IMG/VR virus record: IMGVR_UViG_3300025451_000018
Span: 1 to 49,332 of that record
DNA: 49,332 nucleotides
From: a virus
Lineage: Duplodnaviria; Caudoviricetes
Strand: one strand, 5' to 3'
Part shown: positions 1 to 10,052 of the stretch, one piece after another
How the letters are laid out: each line of letters opens with the position of its first letter
Numbering within the stretch: the stretch's first letter is position 1
Made by a program: the position numbers and the translations under genes
The notes under the pieces: model-generated
Told to the model about the DNA's origin: nothing
The model's database searches: none
Seen by the model: the letters and a program-made list of their open reading frames with translations, nothing else

Positions 1-120
1 TGCGCCTGGCCGATCCGGTACAGGTTCTGAAGTTTGGGGTGACTCTTTTACCGAAACAGTCACCTACTACAGGGTGAGAGGGAGAGGGGAACCATTAAAG
101 GAGGGGAGAGGCTTCGCTTC

Positions 121-347
121 GCCCCGCTTTGGGCGGGGCTTCGCCGGCTCCTCGAAGGAGCCGCCGCCAAGCGGCTCCTCCTCGCTGAAGGCGAATCCCC
201 AAAGATTCGCCGCTTCAGAATCGTCTTTGTGACGATTCCAGCAAACGGCCAGCCGAAAAGCTGGCCGGGTGCAGACCTCACTCTCGTTCGGTCTATCGAC
301 CGGCCTACCAAAGGCCGGTCTTGCAGACCCGCCCCAAGGGCGGGTCT
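121..347. repeat. Run of ~8 consecutive short inverted repeats (hairpins) in the left-end non-coding region
   Basis: Examples: GCCCCGC/GCGGGGC 121-139, CGGCTCCT/AGGAGCCG 145-163, GAATCGTC/GACGATTC 218-238, CGGCCAGC/GCTGGCCG 246-267, GACCGGCCT/AGGCCGGTC 298-320, AGACCCGCCC/GGGCGGGTCT 325-347. Confidence 0.8.
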
Positions 348-362
348 ATAAAGGGGTGTGTT

Positions 363-659
363 TTGTCAAATTGGAACACTTCCAACCGAGCCAGCCGGCT
401 TCCTGCCGACTGGGCGGTCATTCGCAGCCTGGTGCTGCAAGATGCCCGTTATCAATGTCAGTTGCGCCTACCCGGTTGTGCCGGGAAGGCGACGGATGTC
501 GATCACCGCAGACGCGGTGATGACCATTCAATCGCCAACCTTCAAGCAGCCTGCGCTGCTTGTCATGGCAAGAAATCGTCGGCTGAAGGAAACAGCCGAC
601 AAAGCGAGTTAAGGGCCAGGAGGAAAAGACCTACAGAACGCCATCCTGGTTCCATCTGA
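363..659 (+). CDS. HNH endonuclease (packaging-associated)
   Basis: CQLRLPGC...DVDH...DDHSIANLQAACAACHGKKS HNH motif; TTG start at 363 after AAGGGG; first-gene position typical of Cluster A. Confidence 0.85.
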   Translation: MSNWNTSNRASRLPADWAVIRSLVLQDARYQCQLRLPGCAGKATDVDHRRRGDDHSIANLQAACAACHGKKSSAEGNSRQSELRARRKRPTERHPGSI

Positions 660-698
660 GCGGCCTTGAGGGCCGCTGTATCGACCCAGGAGGTCAAA

Positions 699-1124
699 TT
701 GGGCACTAGAGGTCCTATTCCCAACCGCCAAACCCAACGGGTTCGGCGAAACAAGCCGGAAACGCCTATCGAAACCGTTACGGCGATCGGAACCGTCCAG
801 GTTCCGTTATTGGACTTTCCAGATCCCCACCCGTTGGTGGTGGACCTGTATAGGTCCCTGTATCAATCAGCCCAATCGAAGTACTACGAACCATCTGACT
901 GGCAGTACGCGAGACTGGCTCTCCATTTCGCGGATCAGCTTCTGAAATCCTCAAGACCGTCTTCTCAGCTTCTGGTAACGGTGAACCAGATGCTGTCCTC
1001 GCTCCTCGTATCCGAGGGCGATCGGCGACGGGTTCGGCTTGAGGTGGAGCGGAACCAGGGCACAGACGGCGCTGAAGTACTTCAGGTTGCGGATCTGTTC
1101 CGTCAGAGGCTGATGCAGGGATGA
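699..1124 (+). CDS. Terminase small subunit
   Basis: GTRGPIPNR..RVRRNK N-terminus and YEPSDW...EGDRRRVRLE motifs of the actinophage small terminase family; AGGAGG RBS before TTG 699. Confidence 0.8.
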   Translation: MGTRGPIPNRQTQRVRRNKPETPIETVTAIGTVQVPLLDFPDPHPLVVDLYRSLYQSAQSKYYEPSDWQYARLALHFADQLLKSSRPSSQLLVTVNQMLSSLLVSEGDRRRVRLEVERNQGTDGAEVLQVADLFRQRLMQG

Positions 1125-1202
1125 GTCGGTCCCCGGAGGGTTGCAGCCGCCCCTCTCCGGTTCCCCTCCGGGGGCCCTCAAATCGAACCGAAAGGAACAC
1201 AC

Positions 1203-1526
1203 ATGGCCGTTATCGGCGTCGAACTGCCGCAGGACACGCTTGTTCTGACTAAAGGCCGCGACTTCAAGTGGACGTTCACCAACTTGAGCGCCGCCGGTAA
1301 GCCCATCCCGTTCCCTGCCGGGGATCTCTACTTCGAGATCACCACCTCGCCCTCCCCCACTACCTGGCCGTTCACGATCGTCGGCAACACCGCCACCATC
1401 AAGGTTGAGTCCACCGCTGTGGATCTGATCCCGGACAAAGCGAAGTGGCAGTTGGTTTTCCTGCCCGATGCTGAAGCAGCCGGCGGTGACGCTTTGGCGC
1501 GTGGGGTTGTGAAGGTCCAGCAGTGA
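1203..1526 (+). CDS. Small beta-rich virion/fibre adaptor protein (LtfC-like)
   Basis: LVLTKGRDFKWTF...ATIKVES...ARGVV pattern; RBS AAGGA; coupled to the following fibre gene. Confidence 0.55.
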   Translation: MAVIGVELPQDTLVLTKGRDFKWTFTNLSAAGKPIPFPAGDLYFEITTSPSPTTWPFTIVGNTATIKVESTAVDLIPDKAKWQLVFLPDAEAAGGDALARGVVKVQQ

Positions 1527-3619
1527 TTCTCAGAGGCGATTCACCGGTTCCCAACGTCTCTACCCAGCAGCCCACTTCTGGGACGCTGAAAGGCATCTCA
1601 GCCGTACATGAGACGGCTCTGCTCAGTATCCCGCGAGGCCCTAGGGGCCTTCCGGGTGAACCGGGCGCTCCCGGCGCTACCGGGGCCACCGGCCCTCAGG
1701 GGCCGCAGGGCCCCGCAGGCTCACAGCGTCCGAAGGTCTACCACGTAGACGATTACGGCGCTGACCCGACAGGTGCCACCGAATCCAACCAGGCTCTGAT
1801 CGACGCATACGAGGCTATGGGCTCCGAGCCGGGTGTTGTCGAGTTCGGTGTCGGCACTTACCTGCTGCACGTCGGCCTCAACGAAGACGCAGGCCGTCTC
1901 CTGCGCGAGGGCCAGGGAGTGCGGGGCCAGGGCTCCGCTCTGACGAAGATCGACTACCGGGGCCCGGGTGCGCTGTTCGAGTTGCGTAACACCACTTTCG
2001 GTTCCACCGGTAACACCCCATCCGCTGGTGTGCATAAGTTGACGATCCTGGGGTGGAGTTCCGGGGAGAACAACTCCTACGGAATCCGCTACGGGGACAT
2101 CTGGCGTATGCGGATCTCCGATGTGGAGATCTCCGGGTTCAACCGTCCGGGGTGCATCGGTTTGTGGGGCGACAACCAGACGAACTGGTCTGAGCGTGCC
2201 CACATCGAATGCACCGTGAACCAATGCACCGAGTGCTTCGTCTTCGAGTCGAACACCGGTTCTCCCGCGTCTGGCTCGTTCGACTACTCGCAGTACTGGC
2301 TTTCGTTTGTGATCCAGCCGGATCAGCACGGTTTCGTTCTGCGCTCTGGGGCTTCCGGGTCTAAAGCGTCGATGAACGGCGCGTCGATCACGTTGACGGG
2401 TAACTGTCAGCTCGCCCCGGTCGGCGGCTCGAACTCTGGTGTGATGTTCCGGGTCGGCAAGGATGACGCTGACGCGGCGAACTTCTCTGGTGAGTTGCAG
2501 ATCGGTGTTGAGACTTCCGGTCTAGCCGGCGGGGTCGCTCACTACGACTTCATGCAGGGCTCCGGGCCGGATTACTTGATCTCCTCGCGGGTGACCGCTT
2601 CGGGGTCTATCAATCTGATCCCGTTCTCCGGGAGCAACTTCCAGGCCGGGAACGCGAACCCGAGGACGTTCGCGTTCGGCGGCATGTTGAAGGGCTCCCC
2701 CGCTCTGGGGTCTACCGGCAACGTCCGTTCGTTCCAGTCTTTGCAGATGGTGTCGCAGCCGCGTGGCGGCTGGTATTTGGACTACACCAACGCCGTGCAG
2801 ACGATCTACGTGACAAGGGCCACAGGTGGCACGTTCACGTTGACGTTCAACGGCCAGACCACGTCGGCGTTGCCGTATAACGCTTCGCCGGCTCAGGTTC
2901 AGACCGCGCTCCGCGCTCTGTCCACTGTCGGGGCTGGTGTTGACGTGTTCCAAGGCCAGGCCAGGTACATCGACTCCACTATGGTGGATGAGCGTGCGTA
3001 TCTGGTGGTGTTCGTCGGGCCGCTGGCCGAGACGGACGTTCCGATGATCACGGCAACCAGTTCACTGACGGGGTCTTCGCCCGAGGCGACGGTTGTTCTG
3101 AAGTCGCCGGGTTCCCCGCACAAGACGTACGTCTTCGGTATCGAAGGCGGCAGCATCTTCACGGTGGAGCCCCCTCCGGGCACTTACCGGGCTCGTGTCG
3201 ATACGGGCGGTCTTACCGCGCTCCCAGGTCCCTCCTACTTAGGCGGGGACTCGCAGTTCGGTGTGAACGTGGTCGATATTTGGATCAAGCAACCGGATAT
3301 GGGTGGGCCTGCGATCTTCGAAGGCCCATTCTTCGCCCCTAGATTCGACGCTGGCTCATCTTATGAGTTCAAGTGGATGGATGGGCAGGACCCGATTATG
3401 TCGCTCGTACCGGGCGCTATAGACATCATCCGCTTGACTTCGTACAACTTCACAAAGTGGGTCGGTCAGCATCTGACCCGTTTGACAACCACTAACGTCC
3501 CACCGCCGGCTAGTTCAACCTCGCCAGGTGTCAAGGGGCAGATCTCGTTCGACGCGAACTACCAATACACCTGTATCGCTGACAACACATGGAAACGCTC
3601 ACCGTTGAGCACTTGGTAA
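1523..3619 (+). CDS. Minor tail/spike protein with short collagen segment and probable pectate-lyase-like beta-helix
   Basis: About 10 Gly-X-Y triplets, then VDDYGADPTG...GVVEFGVGTY...VRGQG beta-helix cap motif; C-terminal KGQISFDANYQYTCIADNTWKR. Confidence 0.7.
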   Translation: MILRGDSPVPNVSTQQPTSGTLKGISAVHETALLSIPRGPRGLPGEPGAPGATGATGPQGPQGPAGSQRPKVYHVDDYGADPTGATESNQALIDAYEAMGSEPGVVEFGVGTYLLHVGLNEDAGRLLREGQGVRGQGSALTKIDYRGPGALFELRNTTFGSTGNTPSAGVHKLTILGWSSGENNSYGIRYGDIWRMRISDVEISGFNRPGCIGLWGDNQTNWSERAHIECTVNQCTECFVFESNTGSPASGSFDYSQYWLSFVIQPDQHGFVLRSGASGSKASMNGASITLTGNCQLAPVGGSNSGVMFRVGKDDADAANFSGELQIGVETSGLAGGVAHYDFMQGSGPDYLISSRVTASGSINLIPFSGSNFQAGNANPRTFAFGGMLKGSPALGSTGNVRSFQSLQMVSQPRGGWYLDYTNAVQTIYVTRATGGTFTLTFNGQTTSALPYNASPAQVQTALRALSTVGAGVDVFQGQARYIDSTMVDERAYLVVFVGPLAETDVPMITATSSLTGSSPEATVVLKSPGSPHKTYVFGIEGGSIFTVEPPPGTYRARVDTGGLTALPGPSYLGGDSQFGVNVVDIWIKQPDMGGPAIFEGPFFAPRFDAGSSYEFKWMDGQDPIMSLVPGAIDIIRLTSYNFTKWVGQHLTRLTTTNVPPPASSTSPGVKGQISFDANYQYTCIADNTWKRSPLSTW

Positions 3620-3634
3620 AGGAAAGGCAGGGGA

Positions 3635-3970
3635 ATGGCTGAGTACATCACTGCGAAACTGCCTAACCGCGTCATCGTTGTAACCAAAGACTGTGATCGC
3701 ATGATCACCGTGCGCCGACGTGACCCGCTGACCGGAGATCCGGTCGATTGGGACGCTCAGGTGTACATGAAGGTCGATGTGGACCGCAATTCCCCCACCC
3801 ACGTATCGGGTGCGGTTAGCGGCTCCGTCGCCACCATCCGTCTTGAATCGTCGCTGCTTGACAACGTACGCAACGGCACGACTTGGCGGGTGATCATGTC
3901 GCAAGACGGTTCCCCTCGTTTCGAAACGGCTGTGATGGTCGGGACGTTCGAGAGGAACGATGGCAAGTGA
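3635..3970 (+). CDS. Second small adaptor-like virion protein (LtfC-like)
   Basis: Similar size and pattern (VATIRLES...WRV...VGTFERNDG) to 1203-1526; precedes the collagen gene. Confidence 0.55.
   Translation: MAEYITAKLPNRVIVVTKDCDRMITVRRRDPLTGDPVDWDAQVYMKVDVDRNSPTHVSGAVSGSVATIRLESSLLDNVRNGTTWRVIMSQDGSPRFETAVMVGTFERNDGK
3857..3869 (-). promoter_or_regulatory. Stoperator-like site (1 mismatch)
   Basis: CTTGACAACGTAC on +. Confidence 0.6.
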
Positions 3971-5274
3971 GCGAGCAGGTATTCGAGGTAGAAGTCGAAG
4001 CCGCCGAAATTGACCTGACTGTCGATGAGCCGATCGTTGCCGCGTTGCTGGTGGCTGGCCCTGTCGGGCCTCAGGGGCTCGTCGGGCCTGCCGGCGCAAC
4101 AGGCTCTGTCGGCCCTATGGGGCCGCAAGGTGTGAAAGGCGATACCGGTGATACCGGTCCCGCTGGGCCCACCGGAGCTTTGGGCCCGGTCGGTCCGTAC
4201 GGGCCTGCTGGGGATAAAGGCGACACAGGTCCCGCTGGGCCTACCGGCCCTACTGGCCCTACTGGTCCTACCGGTCCTACCGGGGCCACGGGCCCCGCTG
4301 GCCCTACGGGTCCTGCTGGCGCTGACGGTGCTACCGGCCCAGCGGGACCGGCTGGCGCTAAAGGTGATACAGGCGATACAGGCCCTGCGGGGCCTACAGG
4401 CGCTACAGGCGCTGCGGGTGCTGATGGAGCTACCGGACCAGCCGGCGCTACCGGGCCTGCCGGTCCTAAAGGCGACACAGGCGATACGGGACCTGCCGGT
4501 CCTACCGGCCCCGCCGGGGCCACGGGTCCTGCTGGTGCGGACGGTGCGACAGGGCCTGTCGGTCCTACAGGTGCCACAGGCGCTGCTGGACCCAAAGGCG
4601 ATACCGGGGACACAGGCCCTGCTGGGCCTACAGGGCCTGCGGGTGCTACCGGCGCTACAGGAGCGACCGGCCCCGCCGGGGCTACGACGATCGCGGGTAT
4701 CTCCGGGCTTCAGGCCGCTTTGGATTCCAAAGCGGGACTTGGCAAAGAGGTCTTCACCGTCGATCGAACAGACGCGATCATCACGCTGGCAAGAAACATG
4801 ACCGGGTACGGCGCGTACGACTACGACGGTCGGGAGTCCGGCGCGTTGTGTCTGACGTTTGTGTATCCGACTGTGAACCGGACGATTTCGAGCTTGACGT
4901 TCTACGAGCGCGAGGCCGGTGGCACGGCCACGCTCGCACGTCTGGGCGTGTATTCGGTGGATGGCAGCGGCAACCTGACGTTGCTCGCTTCGACTACGAA
5001 TGACACCGCGCTGGTTTCGTCTGGTTGGACCGATGTTACGAAGTCGCTGTCTTCGAGTGTCTCGCTGGTAGCCGGCAACGTATATGCGTTCGGGATGCTG
5101 TTGGTGACATCGAACTCAATCGGCGGCGTGGTCGGATTCGGCGGTCACTTCGGTGAGCTTGCCCAAGCGCCGAGGCTGACGGGCCTAGTGACTGGTAAGA
5201 CCGATCTTCCTTCTTCCGTTGACTACTGGGATGTGTGGTCTTCCGGGGCTGCGATCTATTTCAAAGGCAGCTAA
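3967..5274 (+). CDS. Collagen-like fibre protein
   Basis: About 70 uninterrupted Gly-X-Y triplets (4057-4686) followed by a beta-rich C-terminal domain; GTG start overlaps the upstream TGA. Confidence 0.85.
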   Translation: MSEQVFEVEVEAAEIDLTVDEPIVAALLVAGPVGPQGLVGPAGATGSVGPMGPQGVKGDTGDTGPAGPTGALGPVGPYGPAGDKGDTGPAGPTGPTGPTGPTGPTGATGPAGPTGPAGADGATGPAGPAGAKGDTGDTGPAGPTGATGAAGADGATGPAGATGPAGPKGDTGDTGPAGPTGPAGATGPAGADGATGPVGPTGATGAAGPKGDTGDTGPAGPTGPAGATGATGATGPAGATTIAGISGLQAALDSKAGLGKEVFTVDRTDAIITLARNMTGYGAYDYDGRESGALCLTFVYPTVNRTISSLTFYEREAGGTATLARLGVYSVDGSGNLTLLASTTNDTALVSSGWTDVTKSLSSSVSLVAGNVYAFGMLLVTSNSIGGVVGFGGHFGELAQAPRLTGLVTGKTDLPSSVDYWDVWSSGAAIYFKGS

Positions 5275-6503
5275 TGGATGAGTACGCCCGTCAGGTATTG
5301 AAGGCAGGGCAGGATCTAGGTATCACCAAGCGCGGGATCATCATTGCGTTCGCGACGGTGTTCGTTGAGTCGAACTGGATCATGTATGCGAACGAGGCTG
5401 ACCCCGAGTCGCTTTCGTTCCCGCACCAGGCGCTGTCGTATGACGCGAACTCAGTCGGGTTGTTTCAGCAGAGAGCGGAGTGGTGGGGGACCTGTGCGGA
5501 TCGCATGGACCCCTACCGCTCTGCGGTGCTGTTCTTCAAGCAGTTGCAGAAGTTCGATTACAACAACCTGTCCATCCCGCCAGGGGACTTCGCCCAGCGG
5601 GTTCAGGGTTCGGCTTTCCCGGACAGGTATCAGCAGCGAATCGCTGACGCCACCGCCCTCTACGAAAGGCTCGCCAAACCGTTTGAGGGAGCTATGGAGA
5701 AGATTCTCAAGTATTCGCGCTCCGCTGTCGGCTCGTACGACGGTGTAGCACAGCAGCGGTCGTGGGATTGCGGTCCCGCGTCTGCACAGATCGTCTTGCA
5801 CGCAGCCGGCGTGAACAAAGACGAACAGTTCTTGATCGACCGCATCGGTACTACCGTGAACGGTACGAACCATGCTGGGTTGATCACCCCGATCCTGAAC
5901 GAGCTTCTGCCTGGGTCGAACTACAAATTGGTCTGGCTCCCTCGTGAGCCGGTGTCCCAGGCTGAGATTGAGGCGCTGTGGACGAACGTGAAGAAGTCGA
6001 TCGACGGGAATCGTGGGGTAATCCTCAACTTCGAGGCACCGCCGGGGAACTTCCCGCGAGGGTCCAATGGCAGCACGTCCCCGGAGTACCGGGGGAACAA
6101 TACGATCTATCACTACGTGGCTGGGATGGGTTATGCCATCGACAGTTCCGGTGGTAGGCACATCTGGATCGCTGATCCGGGTTTCCGTCCGTTCGGGTAC
6201 TTCTGCTCGTTGGAGCAAGTCGCTACCTTGATCGTTCCGCACGCTTACGCATACGCGGATGTGGCTCCTGTTACCGCTCCCCCGCCGGCTCCTAAGCCGC
6301 CTGTGACTCAGGTGTCGATGACGGACACGTTGGAGGAGCTTCTGACGGAGTGGAACGCGATCGAATACGGGGACCTGGGTGCGATCGAGTCGATCGTGAA
6401 GTCGGCTAAGGCGAATGATCCGCACGGGGTTGCTGCTCTGGGTCTGCTGGAGCGGGAGAACCCGGCTGCTTTGCAGGCTTACATCAACAACAAGAAGGGC
6501 TGA
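5274..6503 (+). CDS. lysA: Lysin A (N-terminal lysozyme/transglycosylase-like domain plus C39-like peptidase domain)
   Basis: VES...SVGLFQQ...AQRVQGSAFPDRY domain, then QQRSWDCGPAS...HYV...IADPG peptidase motifs; upstream of holin. Confidence 0.85.
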   Translation: MDEYARQVLKAGQDLGITKRGIIIAFATVFVESNWIMYANEADPESLSFPHQALSYDANSVGLFQQRAEWWGTCADRMDPYRSAVLFFKQLQKFDYNNLSIPPGDFAQRVQGSAFPDRYQQRIADATALYERLAKPFEGAMEKILKYSRSAVGSYDGVAQQRSWDCGPASAQIVLHAAGVNKDEQFLIDRIGTTVNGTNHAGLITPILNELLPGSNYKLVWLPREPVSQAEIEALWTNVKKSIDGNRGVILNFEAPPGNFPRGSNGSTSPEYRGNNTIYHYVAGMGYAIDSSGGRHIWIADPGFRPFGYFCSLEQVATLIVPHAYAYADVAPVTAPPPAPKPPVTQVSMTDTLEELLTEWNAIEYGDLGAIESIVKSAKANDPHGVAALGLLERENPAALQAYINNKKG

Positions 6504-6505
6504 GT

Positions 6506-6886
6506 ATGACCCCGAATATCCGCAAGTACCTCTACACGTTCGGTGTGGTGGTCTTCGCAGCCTTAACCGTGTTGTCCACGTTCAAGATCATCGACCCCGA
6601 TACGGCGGCGTCTGTGAGCGCCGCTATCACGTCGGTGCTGGGCCTGTTCGGTGTGACGGTTGCCGGTACGGCTGCCTACAACACCCAGAAGCAGATCAAA
6701 CAGGGTCAGTTCGATGAAGTTTCGCCGGCTGACAAAGTCATCCAGGGCATCAACGATGTTGTGGCGCAGGCTGAGTCGGCCAAGACCGATGTTGAGAGAG
6801 TCAAGGAAGCTGTCGCATCTGTGACCAGGGACATCCCAGTCCTGGGTCCGTTAGCGCAGCAGGCTCTGGACAGTTTGCCTAAGTAG
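6506..6886 (+). CDS. Holin
   Basis: Two hydrophobic N-terminal helices and a charged tail; follows lysin A. Confidence 0.8.
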   Translation: MTPNIRKYLYTFGVVVFAALTVLSTFKIIDPDTAASVSAAITSVLGLFGVTVAGTAAYNTQKQIKQGQFDEVSPADKVIQGINDVVAQAESAKTDVERVKEAVASVTRDIPVLGPLAQQALDSLPK

Positions 6887-6903
6887 AGAGGAGGTGGGGG
6901 CTA

Positions 6904-8586
6904 GTGACTGATGTAGAGCTGGCCCCCTCCCCTCCGCACATCATCGGCCCGGTCTGGCAGCGCACCGAGGCCGGTGGTTGGTACTTGCCTGAGAAGACCC
7001 TGGGTTGGGGTGTTCTGAACTGGTGGGCGTCTTACGTCAACACCCCTGGCGGTGACCACGCCGGCACGGCGTTTATGCCGACGCTGGAGCAGGCGCGTTT
7101 CGCGCTGTGGTGGTACGCCGTCGATGAGAACGGCAATTACGCTTTCCGAGAGGGCATCCTTCGCCGCCTGAAGGGGTGGGGCAAGGACCCGTTCGCTGCC
7201 GCAATGGCTTTGGCTGAGATGTGTGGCCCTGTCGCTTTCAGTCATTTCGATGAAGAGGGCAACCCGGTGGGCAAGCCCCGCCATGCGGCGTGGATCACGA
7301 TCGCCGCCGTCTCCCAGGATCAGACGAAGAACACGTTCAGTCTGTTCCCGATTATGATCTCGAAGAAGCTCAAGGAAGAGTACGGGCTTCTCGTTAACCG
7401 GTTCATCATCTACTCCGAGGTCGGGGGCCGCATCGAAGCGGCCACCTCGTCTGCCGCATCGGTCGAAGGCAACCGCCCTACGTTCGTCATCGAAAACGAG
7501 ACGCAGTGGTGGGGCGCTGGCCCCGGCGGTGAGGTCAACGATGGTCACGCTATGCACGGGGCTATCGAAGGTAACCTGTCGAAGATCCCCGGTGCTCGCA
7601 GGCTGGCGATCTGCAACGCGCACATCCCCGGTAATGGCACAGTCGCCGAGATGGATTGGGACGCTTACCAAGATATCCTGTCCGGTAAGGCTGTCGATAC
7701 CGGGATGTTGTACGACGCGCTAGAAGCTCCTGCTGATACTCCGGTGTCGGAGATCCCGTCGAAGATGGAAGATCCGGTCGGTTTCGCGGAGGGCGTGGAG
7801 AAGCTACGCGAGGGCGTGGTGGTTGCCCGAGGCGATTCGGTGTGGCTTCCGGTGGACGAGATCGTCATGTCGATCTTGGATATCAAGAACCCGATCACAG
7901 AGTCCCGCCGCAAGTTCCTCAATCAGATCAACGCGCAGGAAGATTCTTGGGTTGCCCCCAACGAGTGGAATCGCCTGGCTCGCCCGGAGGCGAAGCTGCA
8001 ACGCGGGGACAAGATCGCGTTGGGCTTCGACGGTTCGAAGTCGAATGACTGGACGGCCCTTGTGGCTTGCCGCATCGAAGACGGTGTGTTGTTCACGATC
8101 CGGGTGTGGAACCCGGAGGACTTCGGTGGGGAGGTCCCCCGCGAGGACGTGGATGCCACGGTCCGTTCGATGTTCGCCTCGTATGACGTTGTCGCTTTCC
8201 GCGCTGACGTGAAGGAGTTCGAGGCGTATGTCGATCAGTGGGGTAAGGACTTCAAGAAGAAGGTGAAGGTGAACGCCTCACCGAATAACCCGATCGCGTT
8301 CGATATGCGCGGTCAGCAGAAGAAGTTCGCGTTCGACTGTGAACGGTTCTTGGATGCGGTCCTCGAAGAGTCGCTCTCCCACGACGGGAATCCGGTGCTT
8401 CGGCAGCATGTTTTGAACGCCAAGAGGCATCCGACTAACTACGACGCAATCTCAATTCGCAAGGCGAGCAAGGACTCCAGCAGAAAGATCGACGCTGCCG
8501 TCTGCGCCGTTCTGGCATTCGGCGCACGACAGGATTATTTGATGAGTAAGAGAAGCAGAAGCGGAAGGGCGGTGGTGATTAGGTGA
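6904..8586 (+). CDS. Terminase large subunit
   Basis: RRLKGWGKDP Walker-A-like motif, LGFDGS nuclease motif, KIDAAV C-terminus. Confidence 0.95.
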   Translation: MTDVELAPSPPHIIGPVWQRTEAGGWYLPEKTLGWGVLNWWASYVNTPGGDHAGTAFMPTLEQARFALWWYAVDENGNYAFREGILRRLKGWGKDPFAAAMALAEMCGPVAFSHFDEEGNPVGKPRHAAWITIAAVSQDQTKNTFSLFPIMISKKLKEEYGLLVNRFIIYSEVGGRIEAATSSAASVEGNRPTFVIENETQWWGAGPGGEVNDGHAMHGAIEGNLSKIPGARRLAICNAHIPGNGTVAEMDWDAYQDILSGKAVDTGMLYDALEAPADTPVSEIPSKMEDPVGFAEGVEKLREGVVVARGDSVWLPVDEIVMSILDIKNPITESRRKFLNQINAQEDSWVAPNEWNRLARPEAKLQRGDKIALGFDGSKSNDWTALVACRIEDGVLFTIRVWNPEDFGGEVPREDVDATVRSMFASYDVVAFRADVKEFEAYVDQWGKDFKKKVKVNASPNNPIAFDMRGQQKKFAFDCERFLDAVLEESLSHDGNPVLRQHVLNAKRHPTNYDAISIRKASKDSSRKIDAAVCAVLAFGARQDYLMSKRSRSGRAVVIR

Positions 8587-10052
8587 CAAGTCCGTTAGCC
8601 CCGGAGCCTGTAACTGACACAGACCGCGAGCGAGATGTCATGCTCAACCTCTTCGAGGAAGCACGCCGTCCGCTAGGTGACAACACCGCCTACTACGAGG
8701 CGCAGCGCCGGCCTGACGCTATCGGTGTCACGGTCCCCACCCAGATGCAGAAGTTGTTGGCGCACGTCGGTTATCCGCGTGTGTACATCAATTCGATCGC
8801 GGAGCGCCAGGAGCTTGAGGGCTTCCGGCTGGGCGGCGCTGAAGCCGCCGATGAGGAACTGTGGGATTGGTTCGTCGCGAACAACTTGGATATCGAATCC
8901 ACGTTGGGCCATACGGACGCGCTGGTTCATGGCCGGTCGTATATCACGGTGTCGAAGCCAGATCCCAAGCTTGATCCGGGCGCTGATCCGAACGTGCCGA
9001 TCATCCGGGTGGAGCCGCCTACCGCGCTGCACGCTGTGATCGACCCGCGTACCCGCCAGGTGACGAAGGCGATCCGGGCTGTGTACGCCGAGGACGGCAC
9101 GCAGGTTGTGATGGCGACGTTGTATCTGCCGGATAAGACGGTGGCGTGGGTGCGGGACCAGGGCCAGTGGGTCCCGGTGATGAACGTAGTCCACGGGCTG
9201 GAGATGGTTCCGGTGATCCCGATCCCGAACCGGACCCGGTTGTCGGATCTGTATGGCACGTCGGAGATCACCCCGGAGCTTCGGTCGATGACCGATGCAG
9301 CCGGCCGGATTCTGATGAACATGCAGGCGACGGCAGAGCTTATGGCGGTGCCGCAGCGTCTGTTGTTCGGTGTGAAGCCCGAGGATCTGGGTGTAGACCC
9401 GGATACGGGCCAGTCGCTTTTCGATGCGTATCTCGCTCGTATCCTCGCGTTCGAGGATGCCGAGGCGAAGGCGCAGCAGTTCTCCGCTGCGGAGCTTCGG
9501 AACTTCACCGACGCACTGCAAGAGGTCGCGAAACAGGTTGCCAGCTATACAGGTCTGCCCCCGCAGTACTTGTCTACGCAGAATGACAACCCGGCCTCTG
9601 CCGAGGCGATTCGTTCGTCTGAGGCGCGTCTGATCAAGACGGTGGAGCGGAAGAACAAGATCTTCGGTGGCGCGTGGGAAGAGGCCATGCGGGTGGCTTA
9701 CAAGGTGATGAAGGGCGGCGATGTGCCGCCTGACTATTACCGGATGGAGTCCATCTGGCGTGACCCGTCTACTCCGACGTATGCGGCTAAGGCCGATGCT
9801 GCGGCGAAGCTGTACGCGAACGGTGCCGGCGTGATCCCGAAGGAACGGGCGCGTATCGACATGGGCTACAGCGAGGCTGAGCGTGCCGAGATGAAGAAGT
9901 GGGACGAGGAAGAGAACCCGATGGGTCTTCTTGGTGCTGTGGCTGGTGGCCCCCAGGCTGCCCTGCCGCCAGGTGCCGATCCGAAGGCCGAGCTTCAGAA
10001 GAAGCCGGCCGATCCCGCTAAGGACGCTCCCCCCATCAAGGGGGCTAAGTGA
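8583..10052 (+). CDS. Portal protein
   Basis: 489 aa after terminase; LYGTSEI and NPASAEAI motifs of SPP1 gp6-like actinophage portals. Confidence 0.92.
   Translation: MTSPLAPEPVTDTDRERDVMLNLFEEARRPLGDNTAYYEAQRRPDAIGVTVPTQMQKLLAHVGYPRVYINSIAERQELEGFRLGGAEAADEELWDWFVANNLDIESTLGHTDALVHGRSYITVSKPDPKLDPGADPNVPIIRVEPPTALHAVIDPRTRQVTKAIRAVYAEDGTQVVMATLYLPDKTVAWVRDQGQWVPVMNVVHGLEMVPVIPIPNRTRLSDLYGTSEITPELRSMTDAAGRILMNMQATAELMAVPQRLLFGVKPEDLGVDPDTGQSLFDAYLARILAFEDAEAKAQQFSAAELRNFTDALQEVAKQVASYTGLPPQYLSTQNDNPASAEAIRSSEARLIKTVERKNKIFGGAWEEAMRVAYKVMKGGDVPPDYYRMESIWRDPSTPTYAAKADAAAKLYANGAGVIPKERARIDMGYSEAERAEMKKWDEEENPMGLLGAVAGGPQAALPPGADPKAELQKKPADPAKDAPPIKGAK

Noticed and set aside
340-370. Leftward promoter or stoperator at GTGTTTTGTCAAA
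   Set aside because: Four mismatches to the consensus, opposite orientation to the other left-arm sites, and no well-spaced -10 element.
4071-4801. Pro/Gly-rich ORFs on the minus strand and alternative + frame over the collagen gene
   Set aside because: Shadow frames of the 9-bp Gly-X-Y periodicity; no RBS.
6904-8586. Intein or intron in terminase (also checked polA and nrdJ)
   Set aside because: Lengths are ordinary, and no C...HN splice motifs or LAGLIDADG segments are visible.
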